DNA from: a virus | DNA: 56,493 bases | Strand: one strand, 5' to 3' | IMG/VR virus record: IMGVR_UViG_3300038701_003149 | Location: 1-56,493 of that record | Part shown: positions 25,388-36,527 of the stretch, in pieces | How the letters are laid out: every line of letters begins with the position of its first letter | Position numbering within the stretch: position 1 is the stretch's first letter | Translations under genes and position numbers: made by a program | The notes under the pieces: model-generated | What the model saw: the letters and a program-made list of their open reading frames with translations, nothing else | What the model was told of the DNA's origin: nothing | The model's database searches: none

Positions 25388-28300
25388 CTACCTTCTAATT
25401 CTGCGATTAGATCTAGATTTCTTCCTTCCTTCAGCACGTTCTTCTATATTGAAATTAGAGAAGTCTGCTAATTCTCTTTCCTCAATTTCACCGCTTAATT
25501 CTTTAGCCCTAAGAGCTTCACGGCGATTTCCTTTCTTCATTGACTCCATTACACCTCTAACCGATCTTGGAGTAATTTGAGGAATTGCAGAGTTACCAGT
25601 TCTTAAAACTTTGGCATTATAATCTTCAATCAATTTCAAGTGCTCTAACCAATCGGCTTGGGATCCACCATTGAGAATGAATCTACGGAGGCCATTATAA
25701 ATGCTAGATTTCCTATCCCGGTAAATCTTCTCCAATTGGAAGTCTTTCCATTGGCGCTCACGCTTCTCAGCTATACCTACAGGGTTAAATCCAAAGAACC
25801 TCCAAAGAGACTCTGAAGTTGAAGCCTTAAGCCTTTCATCACCGAAGTATACAGGCTGGTCTTTACTATTTGTTACTCCCTCAGTGTACTCTCTATGAGA
25901 CTTGAGGATAGTTGAAATATATTTAGGAGAAATACTTTCAAAACCTTTCTGAATATTACCGGAAAAAATTTGACCTATTCCAGTAAATACATCTTTTGCA
26001 GCTGATATTGAGGCCCCTCCAACATCTTCGATTGTTGTTGGAAGTTCAGTTCTCACAGCCAATGATCCTTTTAGAGAAACACCAAATTGACCAGCGACTC
26101 CAAATCTTGCTATTTCTTCTGCCTTCTCTCCAGCATATTCTTCAACAAACTGATAGAAAGCTTCTTCCAAATCATCCGGCTCTTCGAATCCCGGAACCAC
26201 AGAAGCTAATGCTTGAGCCATTGGTAAAAGAACTGAAGCAGAAGCACCAGCAAGTATACCTGGTGACAACATCATCCAAGCAGCTGCTTTAAGATCTCTA
26301 TCTTTACTACCGATTGACTGAGAAAGTAACTGAATATAGTTATGAGTGAAAGTTTGATACATGTAGAATGCACGACCAATCTGACCGCCACCTGAACCAC
26401 GAGCCCAAGCTGGAAGGTTGGCTTTTCCGTAAATACCATGGGCTTTGTCAGCTATTCGTTTTGATAGCTTTAAAAACTCTTCTCTTTTTGAGTCTGTTAA
26501 TTCACCTTCATGCTTATCAACTAAGCCATTGTATGCAGCTGCTATAGTTGAGGCTCTATTCAATCTCTCAGTTACAGAGAAAACAATCAATGATTTCTCT
26601 AAGATATTATTCCAAAGTTTACCGCCCCAATTTCGAGTTACATTTAAAGCTTCTTCATTCATTAAGTCCGAATCCCAACCTCGCTTGGTGATCTCATCAA
26701 ATACGAACTTCTGCTCTCCAGTAAGATCTTTACCTTTTCCGTATTTGTGATACATCATATATTTAGTGTAGTCTCTACCAGCTGAAGCAATGAGCCTTCC
26801 TGATTTACGTATGTTTATTCCACCAAATTGAGACATAGCGCCAGGCACAACAGTACCTAGAGCTGTTAAGTTGATTAATCCGGATGAAACACCAGAAAGA
26901 TATTTAAAAGCTGCTAGAGCTCTTAATTTACCAAATACTCTCTCACTTCCTTCTTCATTTCTTTGCATATCCTGCATATAGTGAAGAGCTTCCTTGAATG
27001 CCCGTGGTTGTTTATCCGACTCAATACTGCGATCGATTACAGCCTTTCTATACTCTGGCCATAACTTAGTTTTTGCATCGTAATATTCTTCAGTACCTTC
27101 AACAATTGATGGATCCAGTTTTTCTTTTAAGAAATCTTTCCATTTAAGATCACGACCTGTAATAGCCTCAACCATGTCTCGAGTCATATTTCTCTTGGCA
27201 GTACCACCAGCTGTCGCACGTACAGACATTGAAACTGCTCTCAGGGCATCTTCTTCAAATCCTAAGAAAACATCTTTTCCTTTGCGACCATCACGAGAAA
27301 TCTTTCTTGCTCTGGATCCACGAGAATGGAACATTACGGCCATCTGCTCAGCAAGAGCTTTACCGAACGCTTCAAATTCAAGAACTCTAGCACCATCCTG
27401 ATTGTGCATTGCACTCGCAAGTGATTTCTCAAGTAATGAAAGTCTATCTTTAGCTTTGTTTCTGAAGATCCATTTGTCACCTTCTTTTTTACCGCCAAAG
27501 CTCTCTAGTACGAGAGAGTACTTTTTAGCGTTTTGACCACTTACTATAAGGTTGTTCCTTTGTCTTCCGGCAGAATCCTTGTAAGCCTCAACCTCAGTTA
27601 CTAATCCAAGATCACTTAAATTATTTGCTTCAGCTTCAGCTCTAAGTAAAGCATTATTAACCAGGTCATTTATAGCAGCGATATTACCACCTTGTAAGAA
27701 TGCGTCTTGTGAAGGTTGGCCACTGATATCGTTCTCAATTGTGTAACCTTCTTTCCTTAGCTTTGCAGCTCTCAAAGATCTTTGAACTCTAGTATCAAAT
27801 AGCTCAAGCCTTGGGTTCTCACCTTCCTTTCTGGCCCAAAGCATTTGCTGACCAGTTCTAAGACGTGGCATATAGGATCCACGAAGATCTCCCATTTTCT
27901 TTAACTCTTCAAAAAGATCAAATAAGTTGGTATCTCCGATAACAGGATTTTCGACTCCGAATTTTTTTGACGACTCTTTTAGTTTTTCAACATTTCCTAA
28001 AAGCATATCATGCTGTCTGGTCATCATCTTTCTGATATCTAAAACAGCCTGGATAGCTTCATCTGACCACTTTTTAGACTTCTTCATATCACCAGACTCT
28101 AATAAGAAAGCATGATGCCAAGCTTTACTCTCTGAACCGTATTCAATATCATTAAATACTTTCTTTCCTTCAGGATTTATGATAGAGAATTTTCCACCTT
28201 CATCTTTAGACTCAACAACACGATAACCGATTTGATCTATATCACGCTTCCACAAATAATCGGACTGAAGCTTTTTCCATTCTTCTTTATTTTCCTTGGT

Positions 28301-31300
28301 GTACTTAACCAAGCTTTCAAAGTTGGATTCACCCTTACCATTTGCTTCATTGAACATCAGTCTTTCTAGGAGAACTTTATCATCACGCAGCTTATTTCCT
28401 GAATCAAAAATTCTTTTTAGAGCTGGTACTTTTTCACTAAAGAAAGAAATACTTCTTATAACTCGATCGAAAATTCCAAGATCACCTTTTTCTTTCTTAT
28501 TTGGTTGTTTGAAATTCTCATAAGCTTTAAGTGCAAAATCCCATGATCCGGCAATACGGCCACCATCTATCTTGGTTGCTTTTTCTAAAGCTTCTTCAGA
28601 GCGAAATAGTTCGTGTACACCCTCATAATTAGAAAGACCAGTTTCACCCCTTTCTGCCAGTTTTCCAGCTAAGGCCCGGTCGTAAATATCTTCAATAACA
28701 TCAATGGCACTTTCTTTGCCAAATAACATTTTTATTCTACGCAATAGACGATTTGCCCACACCTTAAGTTTACCTAAAGATGTTTGACTATTTATTGAGA
28801 ACTCATTTATTTTCTCAATAGCCTGCTCATGGGTTAAACCTAAGTCTAAAGTTGCTTGATCGAACTTCATTGCTTCTTGTTCAGTAAGTAGTAGATCATA
28901 TGCAAAGTGCATAGCTTCATGTCGGGCTGTATCTTCAGCATTTCCCTTACCTTCAGATATCTCAATAAATGAGTCTTTATAACGACCCATAACTTCTTTA
29001 CCTTCAGGACTGATTAACTTTTCTGAAAAGCTAACATTCTTAGTTCCAGTCATTCGTTTTACTAACTTAACAATCTTTGCCTTATCGCTTCTATTAAGTT
29101 CAGAATAATCTACTGAATCAACTACTGAATGCTCATCTCTATACAGCTCAATTCCTCCATCAGTCTCTTTTACCTCTATAGAATCAAATAGATTGTCAAA
29201 AGCCTTTTCTACTTCTGGAATTTCCTCTTTCAGTAAGTAAGGATATTTACCATTCCAAGATGGAGCATCATTACTTATATTGGCTAAATAATCATTACTG
29301 AAACCTTGATCGTTTAATTTCTTAATGATGTAGCTCTCGAAAGTTCTAGCAGCCATCTCAACAGTGGTTGACCAATAAGGCTTTGACCTGAGTTTATCTA
29401 AATCTTTTGATCTCTCAACTAGAGGAGAAGACATAATTTTTTGAACTAAGTCATTGAATGTTTTTCTAACTTCTTCTCTAATCTTTCCATTTGCTGAAGT
29501 CTGGTATGTGCCATTAACTTTTTCAGCCTTCTTAGCGAAATAATTATCCATAGCATGAAACCATTCATGAGCTAAAGATCCTGCCCCGTTTTTACGAGTT
29601 AGATTAATGACAACTTGACCAGGCTCAAAGTGTGCAGCAAATGAATTCTTACCGCCACGACCTCTAGCCCCAAAAGCCATAGCTAATTCACCATTGAGCG
29701 AAATGGATCTAGCCGGAATTTTTAGGATAGAAGATAAATCCATCAAAGCATCATAAGTCTCGTTTAAATGAGACTGTCTTTCCTTTTGAGTCATTGAATT
29801 ACCAAACTGGACTCCACGGAATCCAAATGCATTCTGGAATTCATCTGGTGAAACATCAGAGTTTTCTCTAAAGTTATCACCTACACGGATCCTATTTTCC
29901 TTCATTCTCATTTCAGGAATTTTTTTGATCTCTTCAAGCTTAGAAACCAAATAATCATAATCTTCAGACATTGCTTTCTTTAATTCTTGAAGGTCATTAG
30001 ACTCAACTACTGGAATATAATTTCTGCCAATTTTATGATTGATATAGTATTTTGACTGACCTTCTTCAGGTCTTCTTCTCATACGAATATCAAATTTAGG
30101 ACCTTTCTTTTTAGATTTTGGCTTATCAAGAAGATTAGGCATAACTTCTGTCTTAAACTTCTCAATAACATCATTAAGATTATCTGCTGTAGACATATTG
30201 CCTGAACCAGAATAACCCATGGTGATTACATCCAGACTTTTAGGATTATCGAAAACTTCACCTTTAAAAACAGAATATGATCCGGATTCTATTCTTAAAT
30301 CAGATAAATCGACATCATGGCCAAACTCTTTATAGAGTTCTGACTTTACGAATATCTTCTTATTGAAATTATTATGAGGAGGAAACAATTTTTCTTCAAA
30401 AAATCCAGGTGTTATCTCACCAGATATAAGATTAGAAATATTTCTTCTAGCCTTATTAACTTCAGATACCCAGTTAGAAATTCTATGTGACCTTCTTGGT
30501 TTATTAGGAATAGATTCTCTAATAGCTCTAACTAAACCGACTACTTTTTTATCTACTCCATCACTAACCATTTTCTTATAATTTGGTTTTGGTAAAGCTT
30601 TTGATAATGGTAGAGCTTTTACATCTGTTTCAACATCCAAAGATTTAGCGTAATCTTGCCATTCATGCTTTCGAGCGAACGGTATGACTTCGCCAAAGTC
30701 TTGTAATAAATCTGGATTCTTTTTATTAGATTCTGGTTTATTACTTTTTGATTGGATTTCTTCAGAACCAATGAAAGAACCATTTTCATCTAAGACTTCA
30801 TTTAAATCATCAGATTTATTGCTCTCTACTTCTTCAACTTTCTTTTTAGATTTATCTTTTTTTGACTTCTTTTTCTTTGGATCCGGCTTGGGATTTAATC
30901 CCTTTATTCCTCCAAAAGGTAAGTGAGCGAATCTTTTACCCGATACTCCAGAACTATGAACATCAATAACTTCAAAAGATCCTCCTCTGTGCTGAACAAT
31001 ATCGCCAACCTTAACATTGGATTGATTGAATTCAGCTGGACTATCTTCTTTAGATTTAGACTCTTCAGTAGTTTTTTTGCTATTTAAAATTTCCAAAGCC
31101 TCTGTAGCCAAAAGAACTCCATGCTCTGCATCTGCCTTAACCTTCTCAATAGGCATATTAAGATATGGGTTACTTTGTTTAGGTTCCTCTACCTCTTGCT
31201 CTTTAGAACTATCATCAATATTCAATTCATCTTCATTTAGACCGAGCTCTTTACCTCTTTCTTCAAATGCTTTTATTTCTGCTTCTGCCTGTTTTTCTCT

Positions 31301-33259
31301 TTCTTGCTGCTCTTCAGCTTTATCAATTTCTAAGTCAGCTGTTGATTGTCCATCACTTTCTAGTTTGTTAGCAAGAGATTCAGTTCTATTTTTATAAAGA
31401 AGGTATTCTTGATAACGAGTGGATTTTGACTCAATTGTACCTGGCAACTCAAACCTTCTAAAGGCTTTTTCCATTTCATCTTTATTTCTCAAGTAGGCTC
31501 TATTTAGTCGATCGCCTTTGAGTCTTTTTATGTAATTCTCAGAATAAGGTGCAAGTGTATTTTTATTGCCAATACCTATCTCGAGTCCATATTGAGCTAC
31601 ACTTGCATTAGCAAGCTCTATTGCCTGATCATTAATACTTTTTTCCTGAACAACTTCTTCTGTTTCTTGAAGATTAGGTTCCTGTAATTGCTCAACTTGA
31701 GATTCCTGCTGAATATCACTTTCTTCTTGAATTGTTTCTATAGGATCCAAGCTGAAGTTATTAGATTCAGGAATAATTTCTTGAGAAACTTCATCTTCTA
31801 ATTGTGGTTGTACTTCATTAACTTCTTCCAGCGTTTCTTGAACAGAAGCTTGATCAATATTTTCGTTTAATTCAGCAGCTCTAAATTCATCAAACTCTTT
31901 TTCTTCAGCTAAGTAATCTTCGAATATTTTAGTCTGTGCTTCTGGAGTTAATTTACCAAAGTCATCAGTTTGGTTGGCAACGACTCCCATATCAAGAGTA
32001 GGAATCTCAATTCCATTTTCACCAGGTATAATTTCACTTTTTACCGGAGCACTTGGCCTTTCCCTGAATGATTCAATCGTCTTGGATCCTATTCTTAATG
32101 GACCTCCAACCAGTGCTCCGGCAGCTGCTTGCTCCATCCACTCCATAAAAGTTTCTTTGCTGGTGATTTCAAAATTAGGATCATTGACTTCTTTATTTAA
32201 TGAAGATAAAAATCCTTGAAAAGCTTCTTGGCCACCCTCAGCTGCCGATGATTTCATGACATCGAACATCCAACCCATAGCCTTTTTCATTCCACTCTCT
32301 TTAGCTTTTTGTTTTACAGCATGAGAAATAGGTGAACGCATAAATTGTTTCATAATATCTGGAACAGCACCAAACATTGATTCAGAAGCACCAGAAACTA
32401 AACCAAATAACAAAGATGTCATTGGAGCGTCAATTCCATGATCTCTTGAAAGCTCTGCAAAATTACTACCGGCTTCTGTTAAGCCTATAGCTAGTCCACC
32501 ACCTACTTTTGCAGAAAGACTTTTAACAGCATTCCTTACTACTTCTTTTTCAATTTGAGGTGTAACAAGAGCTTTAGCAGCTGCTATTTCTATTCCTTCT
32601 TTATTAGCTAGATCACGAATATATTTTTTAATAGCTCCTTTGGCGAAAATACCTGATACAGCACCAGCAGGAGCAGCGACTAAATCATCTGGACCTATAC
32701 CTGGTACTACTTGCGATCCAGCAACGGCTCCAGCTGCACTGAAAGTAACAGCTTCAAGAATGGAAGGTAAAGCTTCACCAATGGCTTGAGGTATAGCAGT
32801 GATAAAATTACCAGCACTACCGAATGCACCTTTTTCACCACCACTAATAAAAGAATCAATTGGTACGTATGTCTCAGAAGCTTCTTTTTGGTTTTCAGAA
32901 AAACCTTTTAATCCAAAATCCTTAAGACCTTCTGAACCCACTAAATCACCAAATAATCCTGAAAGTCCATAAGCAGAAGCTTGAAGATTATCGACACCTC
33001 GAGAAAAACCACGGCCAAGAGTTTTAAGTAAACTGGGGTTTTTAATAAAGTCTCTACGACTTCTTTCCGTTTTAATCTCTCTTTGTTTGATTTGATCATC
33101 AGTTTCAAAGTTGTAGTAATCACCATCTTTTTCTAGATAACCACGATCTTGAAGAAAATGTTTAGCATTGCGATCTACACCAGTTCTATCTTTGTCGAAA
33201 CTCAATTCATCAAAGCTTATATCCAATCCATTAAAGTCTGGCATGTTACTGAGCTCCAC
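25388..33259 (-). CDS. Giant (2,623 aa) virion/ejection-type polyvalent protein with two HExxH zincin-like motifs
   Basis: Uninterrupted ORF. G/A-rich hydrophobic N- and C-terminal segments. FGFRGVQFGN...AFGARGRGG...LAHEWFHAMD (29555-29569) and ARHEAMHFAYD (28907-28921). Confidence 0.65.
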   Translation of the reverse strand: MELSNMPDFNGLDISFDELSFDKDRTGVDRNAKHFLQDRGYLEKDGDYYNFETDDQIKQREIKTERSRRDFIKNPSLLKTLGRGFSRGVDNLQASAYGLSGLFGDLVGSEGLKDFGLKGFSENQKEASETYVPIDSFISGGEKGAFGSAGNFITAIPQAIGEALPSILEAVTFSAAGAVAGSQVVPGIGPDDLVAAPAGAVSGIFAKGAIKKYIRDLANKEGIEIAAAKALVTPQIEKEVVRNAVKSLSAKVGGGLAIGLTEAGSNFAELSRDHGIDAPMTSLLFGLVSGASESMFGAVPDIMKQFMRSPISHAVKQKAKESGMKKAMGWMFDVMKSSAAEGGQEAFQGFLSSLNKEVNDPNFEITSKETFMEWMEQAAAGALVGGPLRIGSKTIESFRERPSAPVKSEIIPGENGIEIPTLDMGVVANQTDDFGKLTPEAQTKIFEDYLAEEKEFDEFRAAELNENIDQASVQETLEEVNEVQPQLEDEVSQEIIPESNNFSLDPIETIQEESDIQQESQVEQLQEPNLQETEEVVQEKSINDQAIELANASVAQYGLEIGIGNKNTLAPYSENYIKRLKGDRLNRAYLRNKDEMEKAFRRFELPGTIESKSTRYQEYLLYKNRTESLANKLESDGQSTADLEIDKAEEQQEREKQAEAEIKAFEERGKELGLNEDELNIDDSSKEQEVEEPKQSNPYLNMPIEKVKADAEHGVLLATEALEILNSKKTTEESKSKEDSPAEFNQSNVKVGDIVQHRGGSFEVIDVHSSGVSGKRFAHLPFGGIKGLNPKPDPKKKKSKKDKSKKKVEEVESNKSDDLNEVLDENGSFIGSEEIQSKSNKPESNKKNPDLLQDFGEVIPFARKHEWQDYAKSLDVETDVKALPLSKALPKPNYKKMVSDGVDKKVVGLVRAIRESIPNKPRRSHRISNWVSEVNKARRNISNLISGEITPGFFEEKLFPPHNNFNKKIFVKSELYKEFGHDVDLSDLRIESGSYSVFKGEVFDNPKSLDVITMGYSGSGNMSTADNLNDVIEKFKTEVMPNLLDKPKSKKKGPKFDIRMRRRPEEGQSKYYINHKIGRNYIPVVESNDLQELKKAMSEDYDYLVSKLEEIKKIPEMRMKENRIRVGDNFRENSDVSPDEFQNAFGFRGVQFGNSMTQKERQSHLNETYDALMDLSSILKIPARSISLNGELAMAFGARGRGGKNSFAAHFEPGQVVINLTRKNGAGSLAHEWFHAMDNYFAKKAEKVNGTYQTSANGKIREEVRKTFNDLVQKIMSSPLVERSKDLDKLRSKPYWSTTVEMAARTFESYIIKKLNDQGFSNDYLANISNDAPSWNGKYPYLLKEEIPEVEKAFDNLFDSIEVKETDGGIELYRDEHSVVDSVDYSELNRSDKAKIVKLVKRMTGTKNVSFSEKLISPEGKEVMGRYKDSFIEISEGKGNAEDTARHEAMHFAYDLLLTEQEAMKFDQATLDLGLTHEQAIEKINEFSINSQTSLGKLKVWANRLLRRIKMLFGKESAIDVIEDIYDRALAGKLAERGETGLSNYEGVHELFRSEEALEKATKIDGGRIAGSWDFALKAYENFKQPNKKEKGDLGIFDRVIRSISFFSEKVPALKRIFDSGNKLRDDKVLLERLMFNEANGKGESNFESLVKYTKENKEEWKKLQSDYLWKRDIDQIGYRVVESKDEGGKFSIINPEGKKVFNDIEYGSESKAWHHAFLLESGDMKKSKKWSDEAIQAVLDIRKMMTRQHDMLLGNVEKLKESSKKFGVENPVIGDTNLFDLFEELKKMGDLRGSYMPRLRTGQQMLWARKEGENPRLELFDTRVQRSLRAAKLRKEGYTIENDISGQPSQDAFLQGGNIAAINDLVNNALLRAEAEANNLSDLGLVTEVEAYKDSAGRQRNNLIVSGQNAKKYSLVLESFGGKKEGDKWIFRNKAKDRLSLLEKSLASAMHNQDGARVLEFEAFGKALAEQMAVMFHSRGSRARKISRDGRKGKDVFLGFEEDALRAVSMSVRATAGGTAKRNMTRDMVEAITGRDLKWKDFLKEKLDPSIVEGTEEYYDAKTKLWPEYRKAVIDRSIESDKQPRAFKEALHYMQDMQRNEEGSERVFGKLRALAAFKYLSGVSSGLINLTALGTVVPGAMSQFGGINIRKSGRLIASAGRDYTKYMMYHKYGKGKDLTGEQKFVFDEITKRGWDSDLMNEEALNVTRNWGGKLWNNILEKSLIVFSVTERLNRASTIAAAYNGLVDKHEGELTDSKREEFLKLSKRIADKAHGIYGKANLPAWARGSGGGQIGRAFYMYQTFTHNYIQLLSQSIGSKDRDLKAAAWMMLSPGILAGASASVLLPMAQALASVVPGFEEPDDLEEAFYQFVEEYAGEKAEEIARFGVAGQFGVSLKGSLAVRTELPTTIEDVGGASISAAKDVFTGIGQIFSGNIQKGFESISPKYISTILKSHREYTEGVTNSKDQPVYFGDERLKASTSESLWRFFGFNPVGIAEKRERQWKDFQLEKIYRDRKSSIYNGLRRFILNGGSQADWLEHLKLIEDYNAKVLRTGNSAIPQITPRSVRGVMESMKKGNRREALRAKELSGEIEERELADFSNFNIEERAEGRKKSRSNRRIRR

Positions 33260-34613
33260 CTTTCTTTTTACCTAGGTATTCTTGGAGTTTTCTTTCTGCT
33301 TCCTGTAGTCTTTTTGGATTAGAATTCTGAAGTGATTTAGCCAGCATTAAGCCACCACCTAGAGTACTAGGAGATTCGAAAGTTCTCGCTAAACCTCTAC
33401 TAGTGCCTAGGGCATTTCGTTCACGTTTAACAGCTTCAGATAATTCAATAAGCTTAGGATCCGCTTGTTTAACCATTTCAAGGATTTGATTACCCTGAGT
33501 GGAGTTTCCAATATTCACTTGGCTTAGATCAATTCCTTGTTGATTCAGGAACTCTTGTACTTCCACACCTCTTCGAGCAATAGATACTGGATCATCGCCC
33601 TTAAAATTACCAGCAACATCAAGAGCTCCTTGAACACCTTGTTGAAGTTTGGCTACTTGCTTATCTCTTTCAGGGTTTCTTGCATTTGGGTTAACCCTGT
33701 ATAAGTGAGACGCATTTTCATGAATCGATCTTTTTGCATCTTCAAGTTCAATTTTTTCGTCACCGGAAATATCTTCACCAAGATTTTCCAATTCATTGAT
33801 TCTATTCTGTATATTAGATTGATTGTTTCCAAGAATATCACTTCCGGCTTGTTTTACTGCATCCACTTCAGATAAGCCATTCTTCATCAATTCTTTCACT
33901 GTACCGAAGTAACGATCCCCTTCTCTCGTAAAATTGCCAGACTCATCAATAAATTTAGAAGTATCAATTCCAAGGTGCTTAGCTCTAGCTTCAAGATAAC
34001 CATCATCTAATTTATCAATTCGATTTAAATCAGATTTTCTTTTTTCTGCTTCTGCCTGAAGACCAGCTATCTCTCTTCTAGTATTATTGGTTTCATCAAA
34101 TCTACGATTATCTTCTTCAAACCTTTTTTCATTAAGACCTTGTGCATCTTTTGCTAATCCTAACCGTTCTTTCTGGATGCCCTGGCTAAACTCCTGGCTA
34201 TTTTGTGCTAGTCCAACTTTTTGTTTAGCTAGATCCTTATTAAACTGTGCATCTTCTCTGCTAGCTTCAAAGGCTCTTTCTTTTAAACCAAAAGAACGAT
34301 CGTTATTTTCTAAACTTATTTCAAAATTTCTCTGATCTATTCCACGTTTATATTGCTGATCCTCTAATCTATCTTCTCTATTTTGAGCTGCTTGACGAAA
34401 TGAAGCATCTCTATACTGTCCCTGATTTACCAAACCAGAAGATCTACGAGATTGATTAACAATATTAAAAGCTGGAGATAAAGATGTGGTTGTCCTTTGA
34501 AGTCCATTTTTTACTGTCGCATTTCCAGCAATTTGATTCATACGTCTTCTTCTGGCTAACCCTTGAAGCTTTTTAGAATTTAAATTTGTAGATGTAGGTG
34601 CATTTCCAATCAT
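33246..34613 (-). CDS. Internal virion/ejection protein candidate (455 aa, Q/N/R/E-rich)
   Basis: Coupled (14-nt overlap) to the giant gene. Low-complexity helical sequence. Confidence 0.5.
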   Translation of the reverse strand: MIGNAPTSTNLNSKKLQGLARRRRMNQIAGNATVKNGLQRTTTSLSPAFNIVNQSRRSSGLVNQGQYRDASFRQAAQNREDRLEDQQYKRGIDQRNFEISLENNDRSFGLKERAFEASREDAQFNKDLAKQKVGLAQNSQEFSQGIQKERLGLAKDAQGLNEKRFEEDNRRFDETNNTRREIAGLQAEAEKRKSDLNRIDKLDDGYLEARAKHLGIDTSKFIDESGNFTREGDRYFGTVKELMKNGLSEVDAVKQAGSDILGNNQSNIQNRINELENLGEDISGDEKIELEDAKRSIHENASHLYRVNPNARNPERDKQVAKLQQGVQGALDVAGNFKGDDPVSIARRGVEVQEFLNQQGIDLSQVNIGNSTQGNQILEMVKQADPKLIELSEAVKRERNALGTSRGLARTFESPSTLGGGLMLAKSLQNSNPKRLQEAERKLQEYLGKKKGGAQ

Positions 34614-34700
34614 AGTAATTGCCTCAGATAAATATTAGCTGTATTGATTATATTAATATATAACACATATATCATTATTTTAAATGATACTAACTAATTA

Positions 34701-36527
34701 TTAACTAGTGGAATACAGGTAGTTGTCGCCAGAAATGAAATTGTTTACGTCATTGATATCTATAGTTCCCCAAACTAAAGACTCGATAGTAGTAGTACTT
34801 ATCTGGCCATTTGCTCCATTGGAACCACTTGAACCACTTGAACCAGATATAAAAGTAACATTTACTATGCTAGTAAAATGTGCTATAAACCCAAAATATG
34901 AATCAGGTAAAGTAACCCTATCCAGTCCTGAATTATATAAAAATGTATGATCTGTGTCTCCCGCTGAAGCCCCGCTTCTACCAGTACCACCACTTCCAGC
35001 AGTTCCATAGAAAGTCGAGCCAGCATCACCACCATCTCCTCCGTCTCCTCCATCTCCAGACGTAATAGTAGTACCTGAAGGGAAAGAATGACTTTGTGAT
35101 GAGCTGTGGCCATCTAACAAGTCATATCCCATATCTTGAAACATTCCAAAGTTATCGACATCTTCATCCCAGCCTACAACTTCTTCTATAACGTGTTGAC
35201 CTCTAAATGCACCTTCACCATTACCGCCATTACCAGCACGACCAAATAATGAATTGCCTCCATTAGGTCCATCCCTTCCGCTTCTCTTACGTCCTGTAAT
35301 ATTTAAATCTGTATAATCTGGATTTCCTGAAGAGGGATTCTTATGTTCGAATTCATGTGTAGATTCATAGTTTAAACCATCACCACCTTCACAATCTTCT
35401 GCATTAGTGTCTAAAGAGCACGAAACTTTTGAAACATTAGACATCGAAGAACATTTTATTACTGGATCAATATAAAACAGTGTTGCATCTCCAGCATCAA
35501 AACTAAATCCTGGAGCCAAACCATAAAACTCTTGATTCATTTGATCATCGTGACCGGAAGTGCCATTGATTGTATAATCAACAGAATCAAAAATTATATT
35601 TTTAAATGTGGCAGAAGGTGTATTGATAACAGGTCCAACTTCAATTTTACCTCCCCAGCGAGTTACATGAGCTAATACTCTATTTATACTATAAGTTCTG
35701 CTTAAATTTCTAAATGTGCAGTATTCAAATTCAAAAGGAGAATTAGTTCCTATTACAAAATCTGAAGAACCTACAGTTTGAGTATTTGACGATAAATCTT
35801 GTTCATCAACTTCGCTTAATTCATCTAAGTCAAATATACAGTTTTCGAATTTAATATTTACAATATCAGAATTTGTAAACTCTATAAATGTATCTTCATC
35901 GGTGAAAAGGAAGCCATCAAAAAGAGTTTGGCTATGATCAATTTCAGCATCATCAAAATCAAAAATTTGAAGTGTATTAACTTCGCAATAATCGCTTACA
36001 GTTCGATCGTTATGGCTTTCATACTCCTCTTTCATGCCTCCATATATCTTAATGTGTGGAGCGTGTCTGTTTTCAAAATAACGAAAATCTGTTGTTCCTG
36101 ATTGATTACCTTTAACCCAAATGGGGAATTTCTTCATTATTTCAATTTCTTCAGCCTCAGTCATATCTTCATCTATCAAAGAATTAAATAAAACTTTATA
36201 AGCTGACATAGCTTGTTCTATGTTAGGCCAAGCAGTTTCCCAGGTTAAACCATCATTGCTACTATGAGTAAACTTATCAAAGTCTACATGAATAGCTTGA
36301 AAGACAATCTCTTCTTCCTCCTCTTCTTCTGGCGGTCTAAGACTGAGAAGATAATCAACTTCCAATTCAAGTAAGTTAAATTCTTCCTGGAGTCTTGTGT
36401 CATCATACTCTGGATTATCTATGGTAGGAACTTCAATAGAAAGCCTTTGCTGCAATTCCCTAAAAAGTCTACTCTTTGTATGACTTGCTTTTATTGTTTC
36501 TGGTAAAAATGGCGAAGAAAAACTCAT
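34701..36527 (-). CDS. Tail fiber/spike-like protein with poly-E and Gly-rich tracts (608 aa)
   Basis: EEEEEEE. DGLTWETAWPNIEQA (beta-helix-type N-cap motif). GDGGDGGDGGDAG, SGSSGSSGSNGANG. Confidence 0.55.
   Translation of the reverse strand: MSFSSPFLPETIKASHTKSRLFRELQQRLSIEVPTIDNPEYDDTRLQEEFNLLELEVDYLLSLRPPEEEEEEEIVFQAIHVDFDKFTHSSNDGLTWETAWPNIEQAMSAYKVLFNSLIDEDMTEAEEIEIMKKFPIWVKGNQSGTTDFRYFENRHAPHIKIYGGMKEEYESHNDRTVSDYCEVNTLQIFDFDDAEIDHSQTLFDGFLFTDEDTFIEFTNSDIVNIKFENCIFDLDELSEVDEQDLSSNTQTVGSSDFVIGTNSPFEFEYCTFRNLSRTYSINRVLAHVTRWGGKIEVGPVINTPSATFKNIIFDSVDYTINGTSGHDDQMNQEFYGLAPGFSFDAGDATLFYIDPVIKCSSMSNVSKVSCSLDTNAEDCEGGDGLNYESTHEFEHKNPSSGNPDYTDLNITGRKRSGRDGPNGGNSLFGRAGNGGNGEGAFRGQHVIEEVVGWDEDVDNFGMFQDMGYDLLDGHSSSQSHSFPSGTTITSGDGGDGGDGGDAGSTFYGTAGSGGTGRSGASAGDTDHTFLYNSGLDRVTLPDSYFGFIAHFTSIVNVTFISGSSGSSGSNGANGQISTTTIESLVWGTIDINDVNNFISGDNYLYSTS

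Noticed and set aside
25996-32219. About ten plus-strand ORFs (62-123 aa) antisense to the giant gene
   Set aside because: They are Ser/Leu/Phe-rich mirror frames of a long, well-supported minus-strand ORF, and none has an RBS. The same reasoning rejects the other antisense track ORFs, for example 1220..1426, 5045..5332, 6501..6728, 8220..8474, 12105..12369, 14937..15283, 34087..34335, 42970..43215, 44157..45013, 45603..45957, 47116..47542, 51129..51697 and 54262..54495.
25388-33259. Giant protein as an N4-like virion RNA polymerase
   Set aside because: The size and genome slot suggested it, but I found no T7-like RNAP motifs (for example R-x3-K-x7-YG, or paired catalytic Asp blocks). The recognisable motifs are zincin HExxH instead.
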